In this document: positions 38,409-49,126 of the stretch, piece after piece
How the letters are laid out: each line of letters opens with the position of its first letter
Numbering within the stretch: the stretch's first letter is position 1
Source of the DNA: a virus
Lineage: Duplodnaviria > Caudoviricetes
DNA: 64,000 nucleotides
Virus record (IMG/VR): IMGVR_UViG_3300021197_001789
Location: 1,708-65,707 of that record
Direction: 5' to 3' (one strand)
The notes under the pieces: model-generated
Told to the model about the DNA's origin: nothing
The model's database searches: none
The model's input: the letters and a program-made list of their open reading frames with translations, nothing else
Made by a program: the position numbers and the translations under genes

Positions 38409-38410
38409 AA

Positions 38411-40255
38411 ATGGAAAATAAATATTACGATCACTTAAAACCTAAGCTACCGAGGCAGAGTTTTTCTGACGTTGTTAATGAGCAATTAAATATTGTTCAG
38501 CAGCAACAGCAGTCTAGGTTTGCACAGGAACTACGTGCACAGAAAGACCAACGCAAAGTATTGGACGCACAACAAAAGCAACTGCTTGGTTTTGACGTAT
38601 CTAAGTTTTCGGATATTGACAAAGAGGTATTTGCCGCTAAAAGAGATTGGTTGGCCGATAGAATAAATAATTACTATTACACGGGGAGTAAGCGCGGGGA
38701 GTTTATTAACGATGTTAACGATCTCTCAAACAGATTTGAGGAGCTAGAGTACCATCAGAACAATACCGCCACGGAGAAAGAAGCATTAGAGTCGTATGTA
38801 AGTGGGACAAAGAAGTGGACAGATAAGACCTTAAGACTTGGGGATGACGTTAACTCATTGAATTACAAGAACTCACAGTGGAATAACTCAGGTATAGACC
38901 CTAACTCACTGGAGATAGATCCAGCTACGGGCGATGCATTTGGGTATTACGTTGATATAAATGGAACTAGATTAAAGGATGAAAGCGGTGCAGATCAATT
39001 TGGACCAGTACAGCTCTCCCCAACACGCGGATCTAAAGAGTATTTCTCGCCCACGGTAACCCCGTATGACAACTTGCTTCCTGGTGAGTTCTCTAAAAAA
39101 CACGCTTCAGGTGCTACAAGATTAAAAAGGAATACCACAGACTACGCTTCTCTTGATGAAAAAAGAGCAGAATTAAGAGGCTGGGTTACTGCAGACGTTT
39201 TAAACGATCCTTCCGCTGTATCTACGGCACGCAAACAGTTTAACGAAAACTACGGGGAGGATGTATCCGAATCTATACTTCAGACCGATCAGGTTAAAAA
39301 CGAAGGACAGGAAGGGTATATACCTATGGACTTGCGTGAGTATATAGATGAAACGATGCGGTTCCTTGAGGGTAATCTTCTTGATACATCAAGTAAAGGC
39401 TCCAAAGACGACGGACCTAAGGTATTCCCATCTTCCGTAGAGTTCCAATTAGACAGCTTTACAAGACCTAACTCAGGGTTTACTGGTCCAATGTTACCAG
39501 GAAGTGAGCTCCAGGGGGGTGAGAAGTTTGGTAGTGGTATAAGCACTCTGATGGTGCCTAAGTCGGGTGTAGGTAAATCCGCTATGATGATAGAGAGTAC
39601 ATATGTACCACAGGACGATCAGGATCCTCGCTTACATGAAGTTAGCGATCAGTATAGAGTGCTAGGTGTGGCTATAGATGAAAGCGACGTACCAAACCTA
39701 TTTGTGCGCGCGGAGATGTACATGGAGGAGGATGTAACTGAGGTAAACCCATATTTAGCTGGGCTCGAAGGCGTAAAACCTCCAGAAGGAAAAACAAAAA
39801 ACGTTAAAACAGTAAAAAATATAGTTGTTACCACACATAATGAAAAGGGTGAAAGAAATGAAGAGTATGTAACTATATTAGCTCAGCTAGGATATGCCGC
39901 AGGCGTAACGGAAGGGGAAAGAGATGATGCCATAAAGAAAGGGATGGAAGTTTTGAGAAGGTATAATGATAGTGAAGCACAGATATTTGCATCTATGCCT
40001 AATTCTAATGATGAATCCACTCAACAGGCTCCTAATGCTGGACAGCAGATGATGGGGGATATGCAATTTGCAAGCGCAATCGAACCAATACTCATAGAAA
40101 GTCAAGGGAAACAAGAGGCGGATATGACTTTAGCTAGCTTGCTAGAATACATTAAAGAAAACCCAGACGATAAAGAAGAAATACTACAAAACACCCAAAG
40201 CGGGAACATCCCATACTTCGGGAGCGATGGGCAATTATACTACGAAGGGCAGTAG
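38411..40255 (+). CDS. putative ejection/internal virion protein
   Basis: 614 aa, N-terminal coiled coil, between ejection-type genes. Confidence 0.65.
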   Translation: MENKYYDHLKPKLPRQSFSDVVNEQLNIVQQQQQSRFAQELRAQKDQRKVLDAQQKQLLGFDVSKFSDIDKEVFAAKRDWLADRINNYYYTGSKRGEFINDVNDLSNRFEELEYHQNNTATEKEALESYVSGTKKWTDKTLRLGDDVNSLNYKNSQWNNSGIDPNSLEIDPATGDAFGYYVDINGTRLKDESGADQFGPVQLSPTRGSKEYFSPTVTPYDNLLPGEFSKKHASGATRLKRNTTDYASLDEKRAELRGWVTADVLNDPSAVSTARKQFNENYGEDVSESILQTDQVKNEGQEGYIPMDLREYIDETMRFLEGNLLDTSSKGSKDDGPKVFPSSVEFQLDSFTRPNSGFTGPMLPGSELQGGEKFGSGISTLMVPKSGVGKSAMMIESTYVPQDDQDPRLHEVSDQYRVLGVAIDESDVPNLFVRAEMYMEEDVTEVNPYLAGLEGVKPPEGKTKNVKTVKNIVVTTHNEKGERNEEYVTILAQLGYAAGVTEGERDDAIKKGMEVLRRYNDSEAQIFASMPNSNDESTQQAPNAGQQMMGDMQFASAIEPILIESQGKQEADMTLASLLEYIKENPDDKEEILQNTQSGNIPYFGSDGQLYYEGQ

Positions 40256-40270
40256 TGGCATTTAATTCAT

Positions 40271-40278
40271 TATATTTG
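40271..40278 (+). promoter_or_regulatory. TAnnTTTG -7 promoter (TATATTTG)
   Basis: Consensus match upstream of ATG 40294. Confidence 0.6.
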
Positions 40279-40293
40279 TAATAAATAACGCAT

Positions 40294-40524
40294 ATGTCGA
40301 CAAGGAAACTTTCACAAAAAGATGACCAGTTCATCAACGATCTGATAAGCGATAAGCAGGCTTTTTTTTTTAAAGGAAAAGCCAAAAAAGGTTTCGATGG
40401 AAAACGGAGGGGTAGTGTCTCCAGACCTAGTTACGCCATCGGTATCGGGTTTGCTAGACACTTTATCGGAATATGGATTACCCTCGGAGGCAGAGAGCAC
40501 CGCTTCGGATACACAAGAGGTTAG
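40294..40524 (+). CDS. short ORF carrying the probable true start of the giant virion protein (joined by a +1 shift at T10)
   Basis: Promoter and A-rich leader precede 40294; T10 at 40362-40371; +1 frame is open from 40349 into the 40397 ORF. Confidence 0.55.
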   Translation: MSTRKLSQKDDQFINDLISDKQAFFFKGKAKKGFDGKRRGSVSRPSYAIGIGFARHFIGIWITLGGREHRFGYTRG

Positions 40525-43500
40525 TTTACTTCCTGAGGGATATAAAGATCAGCTTGAAGGTGTGGATGCTCAGCTTACTCCCCGCTCATTAGACGGGATA
40601 CCTGAAGATCTTCAAGAAATATACGGTTTTAAAGAGGCTGAGTTTAACCCACCTGTTTTTAACACCCCTGTACCTAAAGCACCTACACCTATGTATGTGC
40701 CCTCACTTTCTACGCCAGGAGAGAGCTATTTAAGACAGCCAGATCAAGGGGAGATTGACAACTATAATGCAGATGTAGACGCGTATAATAGCGACAGGGA
40801 GTCTTATATAGAAGAATACGATAGTACGCTTACAAACTTTAAATTAAAGCAGTCAGAGAGGACTAAAAACTTTACCCCATTTTTTAGAGAGATAGATTTT
40901 AACACTGTAGGTACATTATTCAATAACGAATATGATTTCTCAAAGGTTAAGTTAAGTAAAAAGAGGCTGCCTGTCAATTTGAGTTATGGTGAATCTGAAA
41001 GAGGCAGTGTCGAATGGGGTGATTTGTTTGGAGCAGAGGATACTGTGGAATCCTTCACGGGTAAACTGCGTGAGGAGATACTTGCAGAAGCAAACTCTAA
41101 ACCTCTTGTAGAAAAATATAAAGCACTGGCTGATGCCGAGGCTGCAAAAGGGTTTGGAGAGGATGGAACAGGAAACCGATTAGAATATAAACGCTTAACC
41201 TCTCTTTACGACGGGAATGAGTTAACAGAGGAAGCAATCAAACTTCAAATGAAAATGTTTGGAGGAGCTGCCATAGATAACCTTATAATGCAAAAAGTTG
41301 CATTATCTCCAGAGGCTTGGGCCGCTTCTACTTCAACAAAAAAAGGTGAAACATATAAAAACTATCTTGAGAGGTTAGAGGACAGAATATTTAATGATTC
41401 TGTGAAAGACCCTAAACTTATGGCTTTGTCTGCAGAAATCTTTGGTGAGCAGCAGCAGGAAGGTGTTATAGCTATTAGGCCATACTTAGAAGGTCCAATT
41501 TCAATCGGTGAATGGACGAAGAGGGATGAATACTGGAGTCAGTTTGGAATCAATATGGAAATCGGGTGGTATGATGCCTTGAGGGGCATGTCAATGTTCG
41601 GGGATGCATTAAAAGAATTTGAATACAGGTTTTCTGGTATGGGGGACGAAGATTTTGTAACGTCTGGAGAGCAAAAATTTGATAGAAAATTAGAAAGAGA
41701 AAAAGCTGTAGAATACCAAGTAGCTCTGGAAAAGACAAAGGCTTCTTTGAGTAAAGAGGTAACGCAGATTGCGCTTAGTGAGGATATACTTAAAGAGTTT
41801 GATGAAACTGCATTTTACAACAGAGACCATATAATAGAACGTGAAGAGGGAGCACTGGCAGATGCGATAAGCTTGGCATACAGAACTGAGATAGCTATGC
41901 CTGCTTACAGGTCAGCACCTCTATCGCTATTAACACAGGCTATGTCTATACCAGCTTATGCTACTGGAGGTTTATATGCAGGTTTTGCCTTCCAATCAAC
42001 GTTAATGGGTGGGGTAGCTGGATCAACATACTATAACGATGTGCTAAGTAATGACCGCTTATATGGTCATCTTTCGGAGAATCAAAAACTGTGGTATGCT
42101 TTTTCACACGGATTGGCAGAGGGTGCAGGTGAGTTAGCTGGTAACATATTGATAGGTAAGGCTTTGGGTATTGGTAAGCTTGGTGGAAGGTTTAGCTTGT
42201 ACAATAGATTTAAAGGTGCAAACTTTGCTGGAAAAACCTTAATCCCTATAAAAAGGTCCATGGGGCAGCAGTTTGGAAATACCGCTAAAAATATCATGGT
42301 AGGAACCGCTTACGCTGCTGCTGTTGGATATACTGAAGAAAGACTTGAAGAAACTATTACAGGGTATTGGCAGAAGGCAAGTGATAGATCTGCTCAAGGG
42401 TTAGATTTCGATCATTGGATTAACTGGGATGAAGCTAATCATGCAGGAAGAATAGGAGGTCATATGGGAATTGGCTTTGGTGTAGGCATAAGGTCGGCGC
42501 AGAACACCGCAGCTCTATACCAAAGAGCTTTTGAAGGAGCTTCTTTTGATAGAAACTCTAGAAACTCTCTCCTAAACCAAATAGATAATGATTACGGTCA
42601 AGGGCTAACTAAAGCTCATTGGAAGGAAATCCAGAGACTAAATAAGGAGATGGGTATTACTCCAGGAATGTCACCTCTTTCTATTACGGGTATTTTAGGA
42701 AAACTAGAGAACAAAGAGAAGGTTGAGAGGATAAACGAGTTGATGGAGGAGTATGAGAACAAAAACAGAGATATGAAAGAGCTTCTAGATGAAGCTTCTG
42801 GCCCTCATACTAGAGAGCATAGCGCTCTTTTAGCCGCTTTGGTTATCGAGAGTAACCTGTCTAAAATGAATGCAGCTTTAGGTATTGAGGTGAGTAGAAA
42901 CAGCGCGGGAAGGCTCGTTGACCAGTATGGAAGTTTTCTGCCTAATGAATGGGAGAGCAGCTATTTTGGTAAAGAAGGAGCTAAGTTAACTCCAGAAGAG
43001 CGTAAAGCAAAAGGAAAGCAAAAAAGAATACATGACGGAAGGCTGAAGATGTTTCAGTTTATGTTAAAAAACAACCTTATATCACAGGGCTTTAGAACAA
43101 GCGGTCTATCTACACAAGAAGAGATAGTTGATAGAACAAAAAACCCACTTGATTTAAAGGACGCTACCCTTCTTAGCGGAGCTCTAAGTGAAGAGACAAG
43201 AGCTTCTCTTAAAGAGGCGGGTATGTCCGAGGACGTTATTAATCAATTTGATGATATACTTAAAGAAAATCCCGATGTAGAAATCATTGCTCATACAACA
43301 ATGGACTCTATGGATAGGGTGTCTTCAGGTGCTGAAGGACTCTATATTGAGACAGAAGAAGATGTAGAGACGATATCTGGATTTGGGTACGGTAATCAAT
43401 ATATGAAGACGCCATCACTTCGACCTAAAGAAAATAAAAAAGAGCTGCACGTATATGTAGGTGAAGGAGCTGATATAAGCAGAGTTCTTACACATGAGTA

Positions 43501-46500
43501 TGGTCATTTAGCTTTTGAAAGGTTTATAAACGGAGAAGCTGTTTTGTCTGAAGAGTCTTGGAACGAGTTAGAAAATAAAGATGAGGAGACGTATGCAGAG
43601 CATGTACAGAAACAAAAAGATCAAGCGGAGAAGTTCGTCAATGCGATGGCTCAGCAGATAATAGAAATGAAAGACCCAAAAATCCAGGAGATTGTGGAGT
43701 TTACGCTTCGTGCTGAAGGCAAGAACCTTTCAGAGGAGGCTAAAAGGGTTTTAAACAAAGAGCTTGTAAATAACTTTATGGAGGCTATAGCCCGCGGGGA
43801 GTTTATCAGGAGAAATCTTGAGGGAGGATTGGAGTATAACGTACAGGGCGTGTCGCTAAAAGACTCGGAGATGGGGTTCAAAAACTGGGGGAAGAAACTC
43901 CTTATGGACTTTGGGGTGATGAAAGATTTTGACTTTAGCAGAGAAGAGGATGTAATTATGATGGCTATAAAGTTTTCTGAAAGAGCAAGAAAATTAAATT
44001 TGCAAAAAGGAAAAACCGCCACGGAAGCTAAAGCGTCTCCAGAAGCAGATAAAATTTTAGAGCGACTCGGATTAAGTAGCCGCCGTATAGATCCTAACGA
44101 AGGTATAGACTTTAGCCAGGGACCGATTACTATAAAATACACTCAAAACGTAGTGGGTTTACAGAGAGGAACGTATACAAATGTTTCCATAGAGAAAGAC
44201 AGGAGAGGAAACGATATGAAGGATGTGGAGTGGACTATACAGGATAGGAACCATCTTGAGTACTGGTACTCTAGCAAAACTGGTAACAGTGTGGCTAAGC
44301 CTGCTATTACAAACCTGCAGTACCTAAAGGATGGTGAATGGGTAGACATTAACCCACCTAATCCTATAACAAGAAATGGGAAGATGGTTTCTAAACCGCT
44401 CCCTACTATGATATCAGACCTAGTAATAAAAAAGCGGGTAAAAACAATAAAGAATAGAGAAGCTTTAGTTGCAGAGGTTGATCAGGCCAAGCAGCAGCTG
44501 AAAGACCTTTGGTTTGATTCAGATAAAAAATTAAACTACCACACCAACGCTGAGGATTTTCTCCCTGTAAATAATGATATGATTAACATCCCTGTTGGGG
44601 CGGGAACAACGGCGGAAATAGAAACTGAAATTGAAAACTATAAAATAGGGGTAGCAAATATTCAGGCTTTGATAGACTCTTCTATAGAGAAGGAAGATTT
44701 AGCAGAGATTGCGGGTGGTGCTCAAAAATACATCGACCCTGCAAAAAACCCAGAGATATTTAATATGAGTGGGCTGCGTATGACTGAATCGTTTGAGCAG
44801 AAAGCGGTGCGGGTTAACGAAGAGATACAAGACTTCGGAGCCCCATGGCAACTGCTTCCTAAGGATTCGCCATCATACAAGAATCGTATTCCTGACCTAC
44901 GTATAGCTTCTCAAGAGGAGTTAGACTATGCGTCTGACAGAATGGATAGACTTAAAGCTGGTGAGGCATTAGAAGGGGATTTACTTGATTTCAACCTAAC
45001 CGATGATATAGGTCTTGCCTCTAGCGTGCTTGACCTTAACAAAGAAAACCCTTTATTTTCTAACGAAGCCACAGAGGAAAATTTCCAAGAATTTTTAAGC
45101 GGTCAAATTAAATCTGGGAGGGTTAAAAACTTTGACGAATTAAAAAGACTTCTAAAATTTGCTGGTTTCTCTGAAGCTAATTACAGTCTTCATAATGTAG
45201 ATCAAACTCGCATAGGTAAAGGTTTTATATCTTACAGAATAGGTAAAAAGCGTTTTAAATCTAGCTTTGTTTTAGCAGGCGGTCCATTGGGTAGTGCTCA
45301 AGCTTCTCTCGATGGAGGAAATATTGTTCACAGTAACACCGATATGGAGACGGCATCAAGCGTTCAGAAGAATGCAAAAACTGTTCACGAAGCTAATAAC
45401 AACAATCCATACCTGTTGGGGCTGGCTTTACTCTCCAGGGAGAACAGCTTAAAGAACCCACAGGTATTTACAATAGCAAATACGCTTCTTCTAAATTATT
45501 TAAGCAATGCACCAGAGCACTCTGAAAAAGCAATAAAAATGCTTAATAATTTTTTCAAAAATTCATATGCTCCAGCTACTGTATCATCAACTTTTAATCA
45601 GGTTGACGATACCACAAGCTCGTTTGCAATGGCGGCGACAACTAATGGTCAGAGGTTTGCTGGGTTTTCTCAACTAAGTTCGATGGAGGGTATCGACACA
45701 AGTGGTTATGGGTTAAAAATAGAAAACGAAATAGGCTTAACGAATTTTTTAAGTTTCTTTTCTAAGATTGATATGAAAACGTTGACGGGCAATACTAGTT
45801 TTAAACTTAGAGGGGAGTTTGTTTCGAACATATTTGGAGCTCGAACAGGCATGTCTAAAATAAATGGTTTCCCTTCTCAAGAGCATTTTTTAGATTCGGT
45901 AAATCAACCTGAATATAAAAATCTAGAGGTTGGATCTGTTGTAAATATGACCATGGTTGATACGGCAAACGCGGGGCTAACTGACAGCATATCATCAACT
46001 ATGAACGAGCAAACTGAAAAGGGCTCTATTTCAAGAAAGCTCTTAAAAAACATCGCATATGAGTTTGGGGTAACAGGACATGTAACTACTTGGAATTTTG
46101 AAAACGCTCTCCCAAATGGAGAACTCTTTAAAATGGAAACAAGACAAGGAACTTCTGGATTTCAAAAGGTTGGGTTATTATCCCGTAGAATACCAGGAAG
46201 AATATATTCCCAGGGTAACAGTGCATGGGAACAGTCTACAGCTACTCCTTATGGAGAAAAACTTCAGTGGGCCGCTAGAGTCTTCCAAGACAAGTTCAGC
46301 GACATTATGATCCTACAACAAGACATCGAAGTCTTCCGTGGAAAGAAAGTTCCTCAGTCTCAAGACTTTGAGATGTCTATGGATATCATGTATGGTATGA
46401 TAAGGACCGACCTTGAAAAACTAGAGTTAGAACTTGACAAAATAAACGAAGCAGTAAAGGACGCGGGATATACGGCGGAGATGGTGTCTGATTACCTGTA

Positions 46501-49126
46501 TGCTAAACACGCCCCAGAGCGTAACGCTTTTATCCAAGATAAGCGACCAGAGATGGAGAGCGGATCGGGTATGACGACACAGGAGGCGGAGGAGATTATA
46601 AACGACCTAGAAACGCCAGAGATGGTGGCTATATCTAAATTGGTATACGATGTGATTTCTAATACTCGTCAGACGATGCGTGAGGGAGGACTAGAAAAAG
46701 CCTCAACTATAGAAACGTGGGAAGGTTTGTATGAACATTACATACCTCTTAGTGGTCGTGCAGTAGACGAAATAGATGACGATAACAACTCATATCCAAC
46801 AGGCGGTGCTGGTATGGCTATCTACGGCACAACAACCAAAGCCGCTAAAGGTAGACCAAGCAAGACGGGGGTAAACCTTATAGCAAACGCAATCATGCAA
46901 AATGCTATGGTTAAACAACGCGCTCGCAAGGATCAGGCTATGATGTCTATGTATAGCCTTGTTAAAAACAACCCTAACAAAAAGGTCTGGGGAGTATTCT
47001 CTGGGAAGAATCCCAAGATGAAGCTAAACGAAACAGGAGAGATGGTGGCTATGAATACATTTGAGATGAAGGCGTCACGTAATATGGTGCCTATACGGAT
47101 CAATGGGGAGCAGCACTTTATATACTTTAAAAAATCTGAACATGCCGATGCTCTTAACGGTCAAACTGGTGAAAAACTATCTAGCGTTGCTAAAACAATA
47201 GCACCACTTATGGGCTTTATGCGTAATTCATTTACGCAATATAACCCAGCTTTCTTTTTAACCAACTACTTCAGGGATTTACACGGCTCTGTATACAATG
47301 CCTTGGCCGAGGTTGAGCGAGAGGGTGGCATCATGCAGGGATATGGTATAAACTCTAAGAAGTTTACAAAAGATATAATTACAGGATCTACGGTTACCCT
47401 AAAGGCACTGCTTAATAAGAGCTCTCTTGGTAAGGAGATGACACCAGAGATGCAGGAATATCTTGAAGAGTGGGAAGCCGCTGGGGGTAGAACAGGTTTC
47501 TCATACTCCGAGAGTATAAACAACGTCATGGAGTCTATGAGAACAAAGGCTGAAACAAAGAGTGGAGTAAGGGAGGCAGCGGAATACACCTTTAAAAAAC
47601 CCAAACAATTTTTTGAATACGTATCCGCACAAAATGAGTCTTTTGAAAACAGCATAAGACTATCGGCGTATATAGAAGCAAGAAAAGTGGGGGTAACTAA
47701 ACAGAGGGCAGCACAGCTTTCTAAAAACATAACGATAAACTTTAACAAATCTGGTGAGCTAGGCCCAACATTAAACAGTATATTCTTGTTTTTCAACGCT
47801 TCTGTTCAGGGTTTGTCTAGGTTTAGCAGAACATTCAAACAGGGTGAGGCTTTTAAAGAGTTTGAGGAAATTAAAGACGATATTCCAAATAACCCAGATG
47901 AATTAAACTCATGGAAAACTAGAATCAGTAGTGCTCAGAAGTTAGCTGCTGGATCGGTGCTTTTCTCTGCTATGCAGACTATTGTAAATATGGCAATGTC
48001 TGACAAGGACGACGATGATGAATTGGTATACAATAAATACCCAGACTACAAAAAAGAAAGAGGTTTTCAAATAATGTATGATGGTAAAAATTCAATATCT
48101 ATTCCATTAGGATACGGTTACAATGTGTTTAATATTGCTGGGGTTATGCTTGCCGAGGTTGCTGCAGGTCAAAGATCCGTGGAGGACGCCGCAACGTTTA
48201 TGGCTATCGCTGGGCATGGTTCATTTTCTCCAATAGCGTTTGGTCACTCAGAAACAGTAGGCGGTTCCATGGTTAAAGGAGTTACACCTACCGTACTTAA
48301 ATCTCCTCTTGATGCTTTTGGGTTTAACGAAACATACTTCGGGACACCAGTATACAAAGAGCAATACCCATGGGGGGCTGAAGCCCCTGAGTCTCAATTA
48401 TCCTTTAGAGCGCCAGAGCTAGTGCAACAGGCGGCTACCGCCCTTCACGAAATGTCTAACCCTATTACAGGTCAACCAGGAGGAACAGATCATATCTCAG
48501 GGCCTTTTGAAATCAACCCAGATCCGTGGTACTATATCATGCAATCCTATTGGGGTGGCGCTGGAGACTTCGTTGAAGAATCAGCAGGTATGGGTAAGGC
48601 AGGATTTGTAACGGCTAGAAGAAAATACAATAAGCTTGCAGCATCTATGAATACCGATGAGTTTGTAAACAATCTACTAAGCACACCTAAAGAGGATACC
48701 CCTATAATTAAGTTTTCTGATGTACCTGTACTGAAGTCGATGTACGGGGGACCGTCTCGTTTCTACGACTTTGATCTCTTGGAAAAAAACAGAGGGGATA
48801 TAGAACAACATGTCAAGGAATTAAGCAAAAACGTAGGTCAGGATATTTCACACATAAACTTTACGGGGGTGCAGGAATTAAAGGATGAGCTTAAGAAAAC
48901 TGATGATGCTTTAAAACAGGTATGGGCGGCACGAAGAGCAGCAAAAGATATAGAAGATTACATAGACAGAAGTAACACAGGTTACATGCTTCAGGAGGCT
49001 GAGCGTAAGATTGTTATGAGATTCAACGCAATCTACTACCAACTAAGAGGTCAATATGTAGATCCAAAACCACAGGGAATAATCCCATTAAACGATATAA
49101 GAAAAGCAATAGGAACAGATGAGTGA
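40397..49126 (+). CDS. giant polyvalent virion/ejection protein (zincin HEYGH metallopeptidase, LPD38-like C-terminus)
   Basis: 2909 aa; LTHEYGH at about 43487-43507; C-terminal RLSAY..AR..G...AA..SKNITINFNKSG...FLFFNASVQG. Confidence 0.8.
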   Translation: MENGGVVSPDLVTPSVSGLLDTLSEYGLPSEAESTASDTQEVSLLPEGYKDQLEGVDAQLTPRSLDGIPEDLQEIYGFKEAEFNPPVFNTPVPKAPTPMYVPSLSTPGESYLRQPDQGEIDNYNADVDAYNSDRESYIEEYDSTLTNFKLKQSERTKNFTPFFREIDFNTVGTLFNNEYDFSKVKLSKKRLPVNLSYGESERGSVEWGDLFGAEDTVESFTGKLREEILAEANSKPLVEKYKALADAEAAKGFGEDGTGNRLEYKRLTSLYDGNELTEEAIKLQMKMFGGAAIDNLIMQKVALSPEAWAASTSTKKGETYKNYLERLEDRIFNDSVKDPKLMALSAEIFGEQQQEGVIAIRPYLEGPISIGEWTKRDEYWSQFGINMEIGWYDALRGMSMFGDALKEFEYRFSGMGDEDFVTSGEQKFDRKLEREKAVEYQVALEKTKASLSKEVTQIALSEDILKEFDETAFYNRDHIIEREEGALADAISLAYRTEIAMPAYRSAPLSLLTQAMSIPAYATGGLYAGFAFQSTLMGGVAGSTYYNDVLSNDRLYGHLSENQKLWYAFSHGLAEGAGELAGNILIGKALGIGKLGGRFSLYNRFKGANFAGKTLIPIKRSMGQQFGNTAKNIMVGTAYAAAVGYTEERLEETITGYWQKASDRSAQGLDFDHWINWDEANHAGRIGGHMGIGFGVGIRSAQNTAALYQRAFEGASFDRNSRNSLLNQIDNDYGQGLTKAHWKEIQRLNKEMGITPGMSPLSITGILGKLENKEKVERINELMEEYENKNRDMKELLDEASGPHTREHSALLAALVIESNLSKMNAALGIEVSRNSAGRLVDQYGSFLPNEWESSYFGKEGAKLTPEERKAKGKQKRIHDGRLKMFQFMLKNNLISQGFRTSGLSTQEEIVDRTKNPLDLKDATLLSGALSEETRASLKEAGMSEDVINQFDDILKENPDVEIIAHTTMDSMDRVSSGAEGLYIETEEDVETISGFGYGNQYMKTPSLRPKENKKELHVYVGEGADISRVLTHEYGHLAFERFINGEAVLSEESWNELENKDEETYAEHVQKQKDQAEKFVNAMAQQIIEMKDPKIQEIVEFTLRAEGKNLSEEAKRVLNKELVNNFMEAIARGEFIRRNLEGGLEYNVQGVSLKDSEMGFKNWGKKLLMDFGVMKDFDFSREEDVIMMAIKFSERARKLNLQKGKTATEAKASPEADKILERLGLSSRRIDPNEGIDFSQGPITIKYTQNVVGLQRGTYTNVSIEKDRRGNDMKDVEWTIQDRNHLEYWYSSKTGNSVAKPAITNLQYLKDGEWVDINPPNPITRNGKMVSKPLPTMISDLVIKKRVKTIKNREALVAEVDQAKQQLKDLWFDSDKKLNYHTNAEDFLPVNNDMINIPVGAGTTAEIETEIENYKIGVANIQALIDSSIEKEDLAEIAGGAQKYIDPAKNPEIFNMSGLRMTESFEQKAVRVNEEIQDFGAPWQLLPKDSPSYKNRIPDLRIASQEELDYASDRMDRLKAGEALEGDLLDFNLTDDIGLASSVLDLNKENPLFSNEATEENFQEFLSGQIKSGRVKNFDELKRLLKFAGFSEANYSLHNVDQTRIGKGFISYRIGKKRFKSSFVLAGGPLGSAQASLDGGNIVHSNTDMETASSVQKNAKTVHEANNNNPYLLGLALLSRENSLKNPQVFTIANTLLLNYLSNAPEHSEKAIKMLNNFFKNSYAPATVSSTFNQVDDTTSSFAMAATTNGQRFAGFSQLSSMEGIDTSGYGLKIENEIGLTNFLSFFSKIDMKTLTGNTSFKLRGEFVSNIFGARTGMSKINGFPSQEHFLDSVNQPEYKNLEVGSVVNMTMVDTANAGLTDSISSTMNEQTEKGSISRKLLKNIAYEFGVTGHVTTWNFENALPNGELFKMETRQGTSGFQKVGLLSRRIPGRIYSQGNSAWEQSTATPYGEKLQWAARVFQDKFSDIMILQQDIEVFRGKKVPQSQDFEMSMDIMYGMIRTDLEKLELELDKINEAVKDAGYTAEMVSDYLYAKHAPERNAFIQDKRPEMESGSGMTTQEAEEIINDLETPEMVAISKLVYDVISNTRQTMREGGLEKASTIETWEGLYEHYIPLSGRAVDEIDDDNNSYPTGGAGMAIYGTTTKAAKGRPSKTGVNLIANAIMQNAMVKQRARKDQAMMSMYSLVKNNPNKKVWGVFSGKNPKMKLNETGEMVAMNTFEMKASRNMVPIRINGEQHFIYFKKSEHADALNGQTGEKLSSVAKTIAPLMGFMRNSFTQYNPAFFLTNYFRDLHGSVYNALAEVEREGGIMQGYGINSKKFTKDIITGSTVTLKALLNKSSLGKEMTPEMQEYLEEWEAAGGRTGFSYSESINNVMESMRTKAETKSGVREAAEYTFKKPKQFFEYVSAQNESFENSIRLSAYIEARKVGVTKQRAAQLSKNITINFNKSGELGPTLNSIFLFFNASVQGLSRFSRTFKQGEAFKEFEEIKDDIPNNPDELNSWKTRISSAQKLAAGSVLFSAMQTIVNMAMSDKDDDDELVYNKYPDYKKERGFQIMYDGKNSISIPLGYGYNVFNIAGVMLAEVAAGQRSVEDAATFMAIAGHGSFSPIAFGHSETVGGSMVKGVTPTVLKSPLDAFGFNETYFGTPVYKEQYPWGAEAPESQLSFRAPELVQQAATALHEMSNPITGQPGGTDHISGPFEINPDPWYYIMQSYWGGAGDFVEESAGMGKAGFVTARRKYNKLAASMNTDEFVNNLLSTPKEDTPIIKFSDVPVLKSMYGGPSRFYDFDLLEKNRGDIEQHVKELSKNVGQDISHINFTGVQELKDELKKTDDALKQVWAARRAAKDIEDYIDRSNTGYMLQEAERKIVMRFNAIYYQLRGQYVDPKPQGIIPLNDIRKAIGTDE

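Noticed and set aside
40384-40390. AAAAAAG as a -1 ribosomal frameshift site
   Set aside because: Not phased as A_AAA_AAG in the 40294 frame, and a -1 shift would not reach the frame of the giant ORF.
43651-47796. Antisense ORFs inside the giant gene (43651-44142, 47266-47796); likewise 24263-24922 and 5073-5495
   Set aside because: Fully nested opposite well-supported genes, with no motifs or promoters.
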